Shown here piece by piece: positions 1 through 7,700 of a stretch of 28,623 bases of DNA. The notes beneath the pieces were generated by a model. That model had not been told where the DNA came from. It searched no databases and saw only the letters and a program-made list of their open reading frames with translations. How positions within the stretch are numbered: position 1 is the stretch's first letter; each line of letters begins with the position of its first letter. This DNA is from Rhodospirillaceae bacterium (lineage in GTDB: Bacteria; Pseudomonadota; Alphaproteobacteria; Rhodospirillales; Magnetovibrionaceae), in assembly GCA_029883045.1 (NCBI GenBank), contig JAOUJU010000001.1, forward strand, positions 1 through 28,623. The letters are read 5' to 3'. Both the position numbers and the translations under genes were made by a program.

Positions 1-80
1 AGTAACAAATTATAGTAAATATATAACTTTTTGTGTAAATGTTTGTATAATTAGAATTGATTTAAAAGGCGGTCGTATCC

Positions 81-368
81 ATGCCCATAGAGAATTTAAG
101 CAACCCAAGCAATATTGAATTAATCAAGCTCGGCATAGGGTTTGTAATGGCGGGTTTACTCGGCTTACTCGGCTTTACCGGGAAAAGACAAATTAAACGT
201 ATAGATAAAATCGAAACCAATTACGTACAAAAAAGAGAATTCAACGACAGCATAAACGCATTACGAAACGACTTTAAGGAATCCGCCAGCGACGTTAAAA
301 GTACCGTAAGAGACGTAAACGAACGCCTCGACCGACTTTTATTTCAAACCTTAGATAAAAAGGATTAG
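81..368 (+). CDS. Small membrane protein, holin candidate
   Basis: One N-terminal hydrophobic helix (LGIGFVMAGLLGLLGF) followed by a charged coiled-coil-like tail; first gene upstream of the endolysin. Function inferred from position. Confidence 0.45.
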   Translation: MPIENLSNPSNIELIKLGIGFVMAGLLGLLGFTGKRQIKRIDKIETNYVQKREFNDSINALRNDFKESASDVKSTVRDVNERLDRLLFQTLDKKD

Positions 369-373
369 GTAAA

Positions 374-706
374 ATGAAAATGATTATAGCTAGTATTGTA
401 ATTACAATTTTTACTATTTATACCCCCGCAAATGCTGAAACCTCTTTTAATTTAAGCTGGACGAATACTAATACCGAACTTGTAACGTTTAATGTCTATC
501 AAGACGGCGCACAAATAGCGACCGGACTTAATACCCCCAGTTACTCGACCGACGCGTTAAAAGCTGGTCAATATAATTATTATGTTACAGCGGTGGCAAA
601 TAGCATCGAATCCGAGCCAAGTAATACCGCCGTCGGTATTGCAAAACCCGCCCCGCCCGGCGCGTTCGCTATTGATAGCGCTACTGTTATTATTCCCGCT
701 AAATAG
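374..706 (+). CDS. Secreted single fibronectin type III-like protein
   Basis: Signal peptide ending in ANA; FN3-like pattern LSW...FNVY...Y.YYVTAV....ES..SN. Confidence 0.6.
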   Translation: MKMIIASIVITIFTIYTPANAETSFNLSWTNTNTELVTFNVYQDGAQIATGLNTPSYSTDALKAGQYNYYVTAVANSIESEPSNTAVGIAKPAPPGAFAIDSATVIIPAK

Positions 707-717
707 GTTAATTAAAC

Positions 718-1113
718 ATGCAAACCCCGTGGTTAAATTTTACCGTTAAGGAGATGTCCTGCCGGTGCGGTTGCGGGCGGTGTTGCGTTGACAATGATTT
801 TATGGAAAAGCTAATTAGTCTTCGGTTAGAGCTTAATTTTCCTTTTCGAATTAATAGCGGCTATCGCTGCTCAATGTACGACCGAAAAGTAAGTAATAAA
901 CCTATCAGGGGGGACGGCCCCCATACACAAGGCCGCGCGGTTGATATCGGGGTTTACTGGGGCCGGGCTTATGCCATAGTAACCGCCGCCGCTAAACACG
1001 GGTTAACCGGAATAGGCGTAAATCAAAAAGGCGCGTTACATTCCCGTTATATACATTTAGACGATATCGAACGCCCGTCGCCGATACATGGCCCGACTAT
1101 CTGGACTTACTGA
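718..1113 (+). CDS. Endolysin, peptidase M15A family (Zn D-Ala-D-Ala-type peptidase)
   Basis: Motifs CRCGCG, INSGYRC, H-x6-D (HTQGRAVD) and YIHLD. Confidence 0.9.
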   Translation: MQTPWLNFTVKEMSCRCGCGRCCVDNDFMEKLISLRLELNFPFRINSGYRCSMYDRKVSNKPIRGDGPHTQGRAVDIGVYWGRAYAIVTAAAKHGLTGIGVNQKGALHSRYIHLDDIERPSPIHGPTIWTY

Positions 1114-1114
1114 C

Positions 1115-1684
1115 ATGAAAACGAGCAAAACGGTATACATTGTCCACGGGTTCAATGTAAGCGACGAAGGGCGGGGAACTATTGATAGGTTTCGTCCCTA
1201 CCTTGAACGCGCGGGGTATAAGGTCGTCGACGTCGATTATAACTGGGTTTTTTTGGGCCGCGTTAGACTATGTAATAACAACTTATCCCGAATGCTTGCA
1301 AGTATGAGCGAACCCGACTCGATAGCCCTGGGGCATTCGAACGGTTGCGCGTTAATACATCAAGCGACGCATTACGGCGCCCGCTTTCGCGAAGTCGTAT
1401 ACATTAACCCCGCGCTTAATCGCGAAGAGGTGCCCGGCGACCTTGTCGAGTGGTGCCACGTATGGCATAGTCCCGACGACTTGCCGGTTAAACTCGCGTC
1501 GTTTTTATGGCATCACAAGTGGGGGAAAATGGGCGCTATCGGATATAAAGGAAACGACCCGCGCGTTATTAATTATGATAAACAAAACGATTACGACGTA
1601 ATCAGTAAAACACATTCGGACGTATTCGAGTCGGGCAAAATAGAATATTTCGCGCCCGAAATTATCGGACAATTTCGAACATGA
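1115..1684 (+). CDS. Alpha/beta hydrolase (lipase/esterase-like)
   Basis: VHGF oxyanion motif, nucleophile elbow GHSNG, candidate Asp (SPDD) and His (THSD). Start moved from 1088 to the in-frame ATG 1115 just after the endolysin stop. Confidence 0.8.
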   Translation: MKTSKTVYIVHGFNVSDEGRGTIDRFRPYLERAGYKVVDVDYNWVFLGRVRLCNNNLSRMLASMSEPDSIALGHSNGCALIHQATHYGARFREVVYINPALNREEVPGDLVEWCHVWHSPDDLPVKLASFLWHHKWGKMGAIGYKGNDPRVINYDKQNDYDVISKTHSDVFESGKIEYFAPEIIGQFRT

Positions 1685-1878
1685 ATAAACATCTAAAAGA
1701 AATCGTTTATATTCTCGCGGTGGTGGCGTCCCTTGGGCAAGGCGAGTACCGAATCGAAACCGCCGACGACATTTATATAACGGCCTTAAAAACAATGTCG
1801 GCCGCCTATGAATCAAACAGCGACCCCGAGTTAATGCAAACCGTGTCGGAATGCCTAAACGAACTATTCAAGCGCTAG
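1681..1878 (+). CDS. Hypothetical protein
   Basis: ATGA overlap with the upstream stop; short hydrophobic N-terminus. Confidence 0.5.
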   Translation: MNKHLKEIVYILAVVASLGQGEYRIETADDIYITALKTMSAAYESNSDPELMQTVSECLNELFKR

Positions 1879-2465
1879 CCGTCTACTTCCTTTAAAAATA
1901 TAACGCCTTGCGTATTATCGACGGTTAATTCAACCCGCCCCGCCGCGTGATTTATTTCATTTATTGGCAATTCAACAAGCCCGCCGGAACGCTGAACAAA
2001 TACCAAAAACGCGCGGCGTAATAATTCCCAGTCTGAATCGGTCGTTAATTCAAATTCCGGGACGCGTACAGGCTTTTCGGGCGGTGTTTGCTTGACTAAT
2101 TCGCTATCCGTCCGACTTAGCCTGGGCGGCGCCCATTCCCGGTTAGTTTCTTTACGTTTAACCCGTTTCGGTTTTGTGCCGTCGATTAAATCCGCATCAC
2201 GCGCGCGCGCGGGTAATAGTGGTCTAATTTCGTCAATAAACGGCTTATTTATTCGGGCCGTTAAAATATTGTCTAAATCGACAGGGTAAGCTATATGCTT
2301 ATTTTTACAATAACGTCGAATTCGGCGTATTTCACCGAGAAACAACGCGCGAACCGTTCCAGGCGCTAACCCGACGCGCTCGGCCGTCGGCCCGTATCCG
2401 GCGCCGGAAATAATAGAAGTAAAAATATACTCGGTTCGTTCGGCCCTAGTTTTGAATGTTTGCAT
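1875..2465 (-). CDS. Hypothetical protein with probable N-terminal helix-turn-helix
   Basis: GYGPTAERVGLAPGTVRALF resembles an HTH; last gene of the leftward operon, converging on the lysis cassette. Confidence 0.55.
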   Translation of the reverse strand: MQTFKTRAERTEYIFTSIISGAGYGPTAERVGLAPGTVRALFLGEIRRIRRYCKNKHIAYPVDLDNILTARINKPFIDEIRPLLPARARDADLIDGTKPKRVKRKETNREWAPPRLSRTDSELVKQTPPEKPVRVPEFELTTDSDWELLRRAFLVFVQRSGGLVELPINEINHAAGRVELTVDNTQGVIFLKEVDG

Positions 2466-2466
2466 T

Positions 2467-2967
2467 TTAAAACCCTGTTATTTTATCGTTATTATCGCGG
2501 CGGCGGTATTTTGCGCGGCCGCATTGCTCCCGTTGTTTGTCGCGTAACCATTTTTCGGCCTGCTCTAACGCCGGTATAAAACCGTAATGGGTGTATATGT
2601 GAAATTTTTGACTACGCCGCCGCCCGCTTACGCTAATTATTTCGGCGTTAAAATAGGTTTCTGGAAAATCGCCGACTAATAAATCGTGATAAGTAATGCC
2701 CGGCCCTATACCGTTTAATAATTGAAACTGTTTTAGCTGGAAAGCTTCCGACCCGATAATTATATCGGCGAAGTGGTCGCGAATCGCCCGCGCTTTTAAA
2801 AACCGCTGGCCGTTCCGATTACCCGTCGAAAAGGTCGCCGGTATAAAGTCGGTTAAAGGTTTACCCTTCAACATGGGAACATAAATTAAAACCCCGTCGT
2901 CGCGGGCATATATATAGCGGTATTGAAAATCCTTGTATGTATATTGCCGCACGTTCCCCCCCCCCAT
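2467..2967 (-). CDS. Divergent tandem AP2-like domain protein
   Basis: C-terminal SQKFHIYTHYGFIPALEQA fits the AP2 strand-3/helix pattern; a degenerate N-terminal copy ends FLKARAIRD; start is coupled TAATG to the upstream gene. Confidence 0.55.
   Translation of the reverse strand: MGGGNVRQYTYKDFQYRYIYARDDGVLIYVPMLKGKPLTDFIPATFSTGNRNGQRFLKARAIRDHFADIIIGSEAFQLKQFQLLNGIGPGITYHDLLVGDFPETYFNAEIISVSGRRRSQKFHIYTHYGFIPALEQAEKWLRDKQREQCGRAKYRRRDNNDKITGF
2956..2965 (-). repeat. G10 homopolymer (C10 on +) at the start codon of the AP2-like gene
   Basis: Minus strand reads ATG GGG GGG GGG AAC. Confidence 0.9.
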
Positions 2968-3434
2968 TATTCAAATTTTGCTTTTAATAATGCCCGCTCA
3001 GACACGACCGCGCCGTAATAGTCCTTTTCCCACGTTAAACGCTGGTCTATGGCTAAATCGAGCGCGCGCAGAAACCCCCATTTTTTCGGCGAATAAGTTT
3101 TAACCAGCGTCCGGCCGGTGTCCGGGTGTTTGATTGTTACTCTAAACGTCGTATATTCGCGGGTTTCGCCGTCTATTGTCCGGCGATTATGGGCTAATTG
3201 AACACCCATATTAGGGAACGTTCGTAAGCGCCCAGGCGGTACACGGCCGCGCTTTAATTGTTTGTCGCGGTGTATACGCGCGGCGTTATAGGCTTGTATT
3301 TTGCCGCCATACGCAACAAACCCGAACCATTTATACGACGTTTCCTTAATATCAATTTTAACCCGGACGGCGTAACCCGCCTTCGATAATGTAATACCAT
3401 AACTATCATTATTATTAGTTAACCTAGCCCCCAT
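2967..3434 (-). CDS. Two-domain AP2 protein
   Basis: FGFVAYGGKIQAYNAARIHRD and KTYSPKKWGFLRALDLAIDQRLTWE. Confidence 0.7.
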   Translation of the reverse strand: MGARLTNNNDSYGITLSKAGYAVRVKIDIKETSYKWFGFVAYGGKIQAYNAARIHRDKQLKRGRVPPGRLRTFPNMGVQLAHNRRTIDGETREYTTFRVTIKHPDTGRTLVKTYSPKKWGFLRALDLAIDQRLTWEKDYYGAVVSERALLKAKFE

Positions 3435-3437
3435 AGC

Positions 3438-4184
3438 TTAGCCCCCTTCGGCCTCTAAAATCATTTCGTCGCGTCGGATTCTGGCGGCTTCGAGCGTTTT
3501 ACGTTTCCCGCCGAATTTGCTATACGCGAAATATTCGGAATATTCATAACCCCCGCGAACGAAGCGTACTTGCAGCCCCCCGCCTTGTACGTCGTTTATA
3601 TTTTTTTTATCTACCTTTCGTTTTTTTAAAGCCACGCTCGGCCCTCCCTGGTTTAGTTTTAATAAAAAAGCGTTAGCGGTGGAAAAGACAACCCCATACG
3701 CCTTTTTTTCCATTTCTAGCCTGGCCGCGATAGCCATTCGTATAGCTTGAGACTTCCCGTATTTCGCGACCGAAAAACATTTAGTATACCGCCGCCCGCG
3801 CTCGTAATCGCGCAACGACGCCCGGTAATAGTGGTATTTATACGTCCGGCCGTTTAATCGGTGTTTAATGTCTGTTATAAGTGTTACGCCTTCGTCGTAT
3901 CGTCGGCCGTGGTTGCATTCCGGCCATTTTGCGCGCTTTCTTAATTCACAATCGCGCCACGCTTTCGCGGCGGCTAATGCTTTACGCTTCCCGCCGAATT
4001 TTTGAAAGTTAAACCGTTTACGTTTATTTATTTTATTGTAAATCCCGCGCCCGATTATTTTACCGTTTCGAAAACTAACGAGCCACGCGACGCCCGCGCC
4101 GTTATAGCGTGTTTCATATATACCAAACATCGGCCCCGCTTGTTTTGTGCGGAAACTGACATTTTCAAGACTCATCGAGTACAA
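3438..4184 (-). CDS. Three-domain AP2 protein
   Basis: FNFQKFGGKRKALAAAKAWRD, KCFSVAKYGKSQAIRMAIAARLEME and FAYSKFGGKRKTLEAARIRRD; DNA repeat 3498-3518 vs 3981-4001 matches at 20/21 nt. Confidence 0.75.
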   Translation of the reverse strand: MYSMSLENVSFRTKQAGPMFGIYETRYNGAGVAWLVSFRNGKIIGRGIYNKINKRKRFNFQKFGGKRKALAAAKAWRDCELRKRAKWPECNHGRRYDEGVTLITDIKHRLNGRTYKYHYYRASLRDYERGRRYTKCFSVAKYGKSQAIRMAIAARLEMEKKAYGVVFSTANAFLLKLNQGGPSVALKKRKVDKKNINDVQGGGLQVRFVRGGYEYSEYFAYSKFGGKRKTLEAARIRRDEMILEAEGG

Positions 4185-4447
4185 CGCGCTTTATAATTGG
4201 ATTGCAACTTTTTAATATCGTTTGTAAGTCTGGACTTTATCCGAGTTCCATTCGAAACGATACTAGAGGCACAAAAAACCCAAAACCCGCCGAATAGCCC
4301 CCCGCTTACGTCCCCCGCCGACAAATTAATTAGTAAAAAAACCGCACTTACTAAGCCGAAAAACGACGCCGCAATAATTAAAATATTCAGCATTAATAGC
4401 GATTTTCTCATAGCGCGCCGCAATTTATAATATTGTTCGTCTGTCAT
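4172..4447 (-). CDS. Small membrane protein (two predicted TM helices)
   Basis: Hydrophobic stretches LLMLNILIIAASFFGLVSAVFLLINL and GGLFGGFWVFCASSIV. Confidence 0.65.
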   Translation of the reverse strand: MTDEQYYKLRRAMRKSLLMLNILIIAASFFGLVSAVFLLINLSAGDVSGGLFGGFWVFCASSIVSNGTRIKSRLTNDIKKLQSNYKARCTR

Positions 4448-4468
4448 TCCCGCCCCTTTTCTTATTAC

Positions 4469-4939
4469 TTAATATTTTTTTAAAATCACAGCGCGGGAAG
4501 AAAACGACGCGCCGTAAATTTCCTTTTCCCACTTCAAACGCTGATCTATCGCAGCATTTAACGCCGCGTTATAGCTGTGTTTTTTGATCGACCATTGTTT
4601 AGTTCTAATAGTCTTTAATCGGTGGTCGTAAATGTGACTTTTAAACCCTTCGTATAAATATAACCAGTCGCCTTTTTTTCGCCAGTAAGAACGAAAACTA
4701 ACGCCCTTATTTGCTTGTCGTTTTAGATTGTAATTAAGCCACGGCGCGCGGTGTTCTAACAGTTTGTCCCGATGTTTTTTGGCGGCCTGCAATGAAATTT
4801 TTTTGTTACCGTAAACCCCATCGCTAAACGTTTTACTTGTTGGCGAGCCTTTCGCTGATAGCTTTACGCGCACAGTCCACGCGTGAGTATTTCCCGCGTC
4901 GATACGAGTAATTCCGAACATAATACCCGCCGGTTTCAT
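4469..4939 (-). CDS. Two-domain AP2 protein
   Basis: FGITRID...HAWTVRV...SKTFSDGVYGNKKISLQAAKKHRD and KQWSIKKHSYNAALNAAIDQRLKWE. Confidence 0.75.
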   Translation of the reverse strand: MKPAGIMFGITRIDAGNTHAWTVRVKLSAKGSPTSKTFSDGVYGNKKISLQAAKKHRDKLLEHRAPWLNYNLKRQANKGVSFRSYWRKKGDWLYLYEGFKSHIYDHRLKTIRTKQWSIKKHSYNAALNAAIDQRLKWEKEIYGASFSSRAVILKKY

Positions 4940-5316
4940 ATTGGTAACTCGGCATCTATTTTGCCCTGTTCATACCCCGCCGCGTAGCCGATAGAGTAGG
5001 CCGCTTCGATTGCGTTTGGCTCGCCATTTAATAGAGCCTGTAAGGCGTCAACCATTACCGGCGCAAGCGTCCCGCAAACGGCGAAAAACTCAGGTAACGC
5101 GACGTCGTAGTTATGGCCTAAATCTATAATTATGTCGTCCTGGTTTCTAATCCAAGACTTACCCGCCGCATTTGTGGTTATATACCACGGCGGCGGCGGC
5201 AAATCGTTTAATAAGGGCTTGATAAGTTCGAGTATGTCTAATAATGGGCGGCTATCTATCGCCTTTTTAAACGTTTGAAACTCTAAGCCGACTTGATTTA
5301 TATTAGTTTGTAACAT
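4936..5316 (-). CDS. Hypothetical phage protein (weak Ead/Ea22-like PPPW motif)
   Basis: Overlaps both neighbours in operon fashion; the family resemblance is weak. Confidence 0.55.
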   Translation of the reverse strand: MLQTNINQVGLEFQTFKKAIDSRPLLDILELIKPLLNDLPPPPWYITTNAAGKSWIRNQDDIIIDLGHNYDVALPEFFAVCGTLAPVMVDALQALLNGEPNAIEAAYSIGYAAGYEQGKIDAELPI

Positions 5317-6568
5317 TTATTTCTAATTCCGTTATAAAACGATTTAAAATCGGCCCCGACTGTTTTTTTAGCGCGTCGAGCGTTTCGCCCTTTAACCGCC
5401 CCGACCGAACCGCCCAGGCTATATCGTTTAATGTTTTGTCCCAGTTTCCCGCGAAATTATATTTATTTTTAATAATCGCCAGCGCTTCGCTAACGGCTTC
5501 GGCGGGCTTTAAGCGGACTAAATAACCGTTAGTTAAATCGTCTAGCGACGAACGGCTATAAATGCTGGAACTATTCAGCCTGGGAGTCGAGCGCGTCGAA
5601 TCATCGCGGACGCGCCCCCCCGCGCCAGCATATAAAGACCACTCGAAACCCTCTAACGGGTCGCCGAGCTTTTCGCAATTATTGAAATGGTCTAAAACTA
5701 TGGCCTTATCTTTATTCGGCGCAATTCGTAAGCCGCGCCCTATTTGCTGGTAATAAAGCATTTTCGACTTTGTCGCGCGAAGTAATTGCACGCATTCGAC
5801 CGTCGGAACGTCTAACCCTTCCGATATGGTGTCGCAAGAGGTAACGACTTTAATTTCGCGGTTATTTAACGCGTTTAATATCCGCGTTCGCTTTGTTTCA
5901 CTCGTCGCGCCGTGTATACAGTCGGCAGGGATACCGGCCGCGTTATAGATATGGCTTAATTTCTTAGCCTCGCCGACCGACGAGCAAAAAGAAAGAGTCG
6001 TTAAACCTTTGGCCCGTCGTAACCATGTTTTTACCGGGTCGCCGCTTGGTTCGCCCGACTTGGGCCGCCATATTTCAGGGGGGACGAGGAAACCGAGGTT
6101 AATTAGGTCTAATATGCTTGGCCCTTCTATGGCGGCCTCGAAAACCCCGCCTAGCCCCTTTCCGTCGGTTCGAAACGGCGTCGCGGTGGTACCGAATGTA
6201 ACCGCTTTAGGGTTCGCGTCGGCAATTTCGCGCCAAGTAGCGGCCTCTATGTGGTGCGCTTCGTCGAATATAATCAAATCGGCCCACTTTGCGAGACTAA
6301 CCGTATTAGCGTCTTGAACCGTCGCGACTTCAACGCCGACACACCCTAACGCTTTTAAGTGCGCCCGCGTTTGCGATAATAGGTGCCGGCGGTGTACAAA
6401 AATAACGACGTTTTTACGTTTACGAGCCGCCCGCGAGGCAAGTTCGCTTAAAACGGGCGTTTTACCCCCTCCCGTCGGTAAAACGTATAAAACACTCTTA
6501 CGCCCACTTCTAAATAACGTTTGCGCCTGTAATACGGCTTCGGCTTGATAGTTTCTAAGTGTTAACAT
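5303..6568 (-). CDS. Superfamily 2 DEAD/DEAH-box helicase
   Basis: Q motif LRNYQ, Walker A PTGGGKT, DEAHH, TATP, SEGLDVP and QQIGRGLR. Confidence 0.95.
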   Translation of the reverse strand: MLTLRNYQAEAVLQAQTLFRSGRKSVLYVLPTGGGKTPVLSELASRAARKRKNVVIFVHRRHLLSQTRAHLKALGCVGVEVATVQDANTVSLAKWADLIIFDEAHHIEAATWREIADANPKAVTFGTTATPFRTDGKGLGGVFEAAIEGPSILDLINLGFLVPPEIWRPKSGEPSGDPVKTWLRRAKGLTTLSFCSSVGEAKKLSHIYNAAGIPADCIHGATSETKRTRILNALNNREIKVVTSCDTISEGLDVPTVECVQLLRATKSKMLYYQQIGRGLRIAPNKDKAIVLDHFNNCEKLGDPLEGFEWSLYAGAGGRVRDDSTRSTPRLNSSSIYSRSSLDDLTNGYLVRLKPAEAVSEALAIIKNKYNFAGNWDKTLNDIAWAVRSGRLKGETLDALKKQSGPILNRFITELEINVTN

Positions 6569-6584
6569 TCGTCCGCCTTGTTAA

Positions 6585-6866
6585 TTAATGCGCCGCTAAT
6601 CCCGGTTCCGCGCTCGCGAGAAATTCCAAAAAGCCGGCCGCCTCAAGTAATTTATTACCTAAATCAGCCGCCGCCCGCGCGTCTAGCATTACAATTTCGT
6701 CGGCGCGGTATTGTGGTTGCGCCGTTTCAGCTAAGCTCGTCGTTATCAATACGGCGCCGTCTAAAATCAGAAAAACAAGCCCGGCCGGGGGGATATGCTC
6801 GCCGTCGGGCGTCGTGGTCTGAATCCTTACGCCCCGCCTTTTACAGTCTTCGTTATTGCCTGACAT
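6585..6866 (-). CDS. Hypothetical protein
   Basis: ATG preceded by AAGGGGG; co-oriented with the operon. Confidence 0.55.
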   Translation of the reverse strand: MSGNNEDCKRRGVRIQTTTPDGEHIPPAGLVFLILDGAVLITTSLAETAQPQYRADEIVMLDARAAADLGNKLLEAAGFLEFLASAEPGLAAH

Positions 6867-6878
6867 ATTAACCCCCTT

Positions 6879-7223
6879 TTAAATTGTTACAATTTCGGAA
6901 ACTACGCGGATTATATTTGAAGCGTCGGCGGCGGTGCATTTAGGCTTGACGACTTGCCCGTCGGCGAACGGGACATAATCCCCCGCCGGACAAAAAACGG
7001 CAATTTCGAATAACTCGGAAAGTTCGTTAGCTGAAAAAAAAGGAACTATTTGATTAAAACGAATAATAGATATTTCGTATTGATTAAAGCAAAAGACCCG
7101 AGCGCGATATACAATCGGGTCGGATAAATCGCGTATTTCCTTAACCCCTTTCGGTAAATTATGAAAGTCTAAAGCGGGGGTAACAGGTAACGCGGGGGGG
7201 ATTATTAAGGCGGTGGTATCCAT
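6879..7223 (-). CDS. Hypothetical protein, first gene of the leftward accessory operon
   Basis: AAAGGA SD upstream of the ATG; lies downstream of a sigma70-like promoter. Confidence 0.6.
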   Translation of the reverse strand: MDTTALIIPPALPVTPALDFHNLPKGVKEIRDLSDPIVYRARVFCFNQYEISIIRFNQIVPFFSANELSELFEIAVFCPAGDYVPFADGQVVKPKCTAADASNIIRVVSEIVTI

Positions 7224-7277
7224 ATTTCGACGTCCTTTTTATTATTAGTACCTGTAATCAATCAGGTAATTAAACGT

Positions 7278-7306
7278 AATATAAATAACCCTTGTTTTAT
7301 ATGCAA
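7278..7306 (-). promoter_or_regulatory. Sigma70-type promoter for the helicase/AP2 operon
   Basis: Minus strand TTGCAT-17 bp-TATATT. Confidence 0.55.
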
Positions 7307-7479
7307 GGTATAAATTTATCCTTTTAGTAAAACTTTAAAAGTACCGACGATAAATGTAACGTAATGTTAATCATGGAATAAACCCCGCATAGCGGCGCGT
7401 TATCCGACTGAATAAACAAGCCGGGCGCCCAAACCCGCCGCCGTCCAGGTACCGCCCGCCCCACGGGCTACCGCGCCCG

Positions 7480-7550
7480 AAAAAAGCAGAAAAAAATACA
7501 AGCCGCCCCAAAAAAAAATACCAAAAGACAAAAAAAAGGACAAAAAAAAA
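7480..7550 (+). repeat. Helically phased A-tracts
   Basis: A6 7480-85, A7 7490-96, A9 7510-18, A4 7523-26, A8 7530-37, A9 7542-50. Confidence 0.7.
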
Positions 7551-7578
7551 CGACGGTAATAAAAACCGTCGTTTTTTT
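7542..7578. terminator. Bidirectional intrinsic terminator
   Basis: A9-CGACGGT / loop AATAAAA / ACCGTCG-T7; a U-tract follows the hairpin in both directions. Confidence 0.75.
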
Positions 7579-7627
7579 GGGTGCCCGTTGTGGTGCCCCT
7601 TCATTTTTCCGATAGGGCACCACAAGC

Positions 7628-7640
7628 TAAGTTACTGAAT
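7628..7640 (-). promoter_or_regulatory. IHF-like binding site in attP
   Basis: Minus strand ATTCAGTAACTTA vs consensus WATCARNNNNTTR (one mismatch); a weaker second site lies at 7758-7770. Confidence 0.5.
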
Positions 7641-7653
7641 AATCGGGCTAATT

Positions 7654-7700
7654 TGGTGCCGGCAAAAGGAGTCGAACCCTTGACCTACTGATTACAAGTC
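7654..7700 (-). tRNA. 3' fragment of tRNA-Thr(UGU) = attP core (not a complete tRNA)
   Basis: GACTTGTAATCAGTAGGTCAAGGGTTCGACTCCTTTTGCCGGCACCA contains the anticodon loop CT-TGT-AA, T-arm GGTTCGA and CCA end; the D-arm and 5' acceptor strand are absent. Confidence 0.9.

Noticed and set aside
2467-4939. HNH homing endonucleases
   Set aside because: No HNH motif seen in any of the AP2 genes.
1505-6871. Alternative-strand ORFs (1505..1816, 2092..2289, 4002..4196, 4197..4430, 5562..5753, 6009..6317, 6578..6871)
   Set aside because: Antisense shadows of better-supported genes.
7371-7625. Phe-rich 84-aa ORF on the minus strand
   Set aside because: Hydrophobicity derives from the A-tracts; it overlaps the terminator and arm repeats and lacks a convincing SD.
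7654-7700. Functional phage tRNA-Thr gene
   Set aside because: Only the 3' part is present; sequence beyond 7700 does not supply the D-arm or 5' acceptor strand, so it is treated as the att core.
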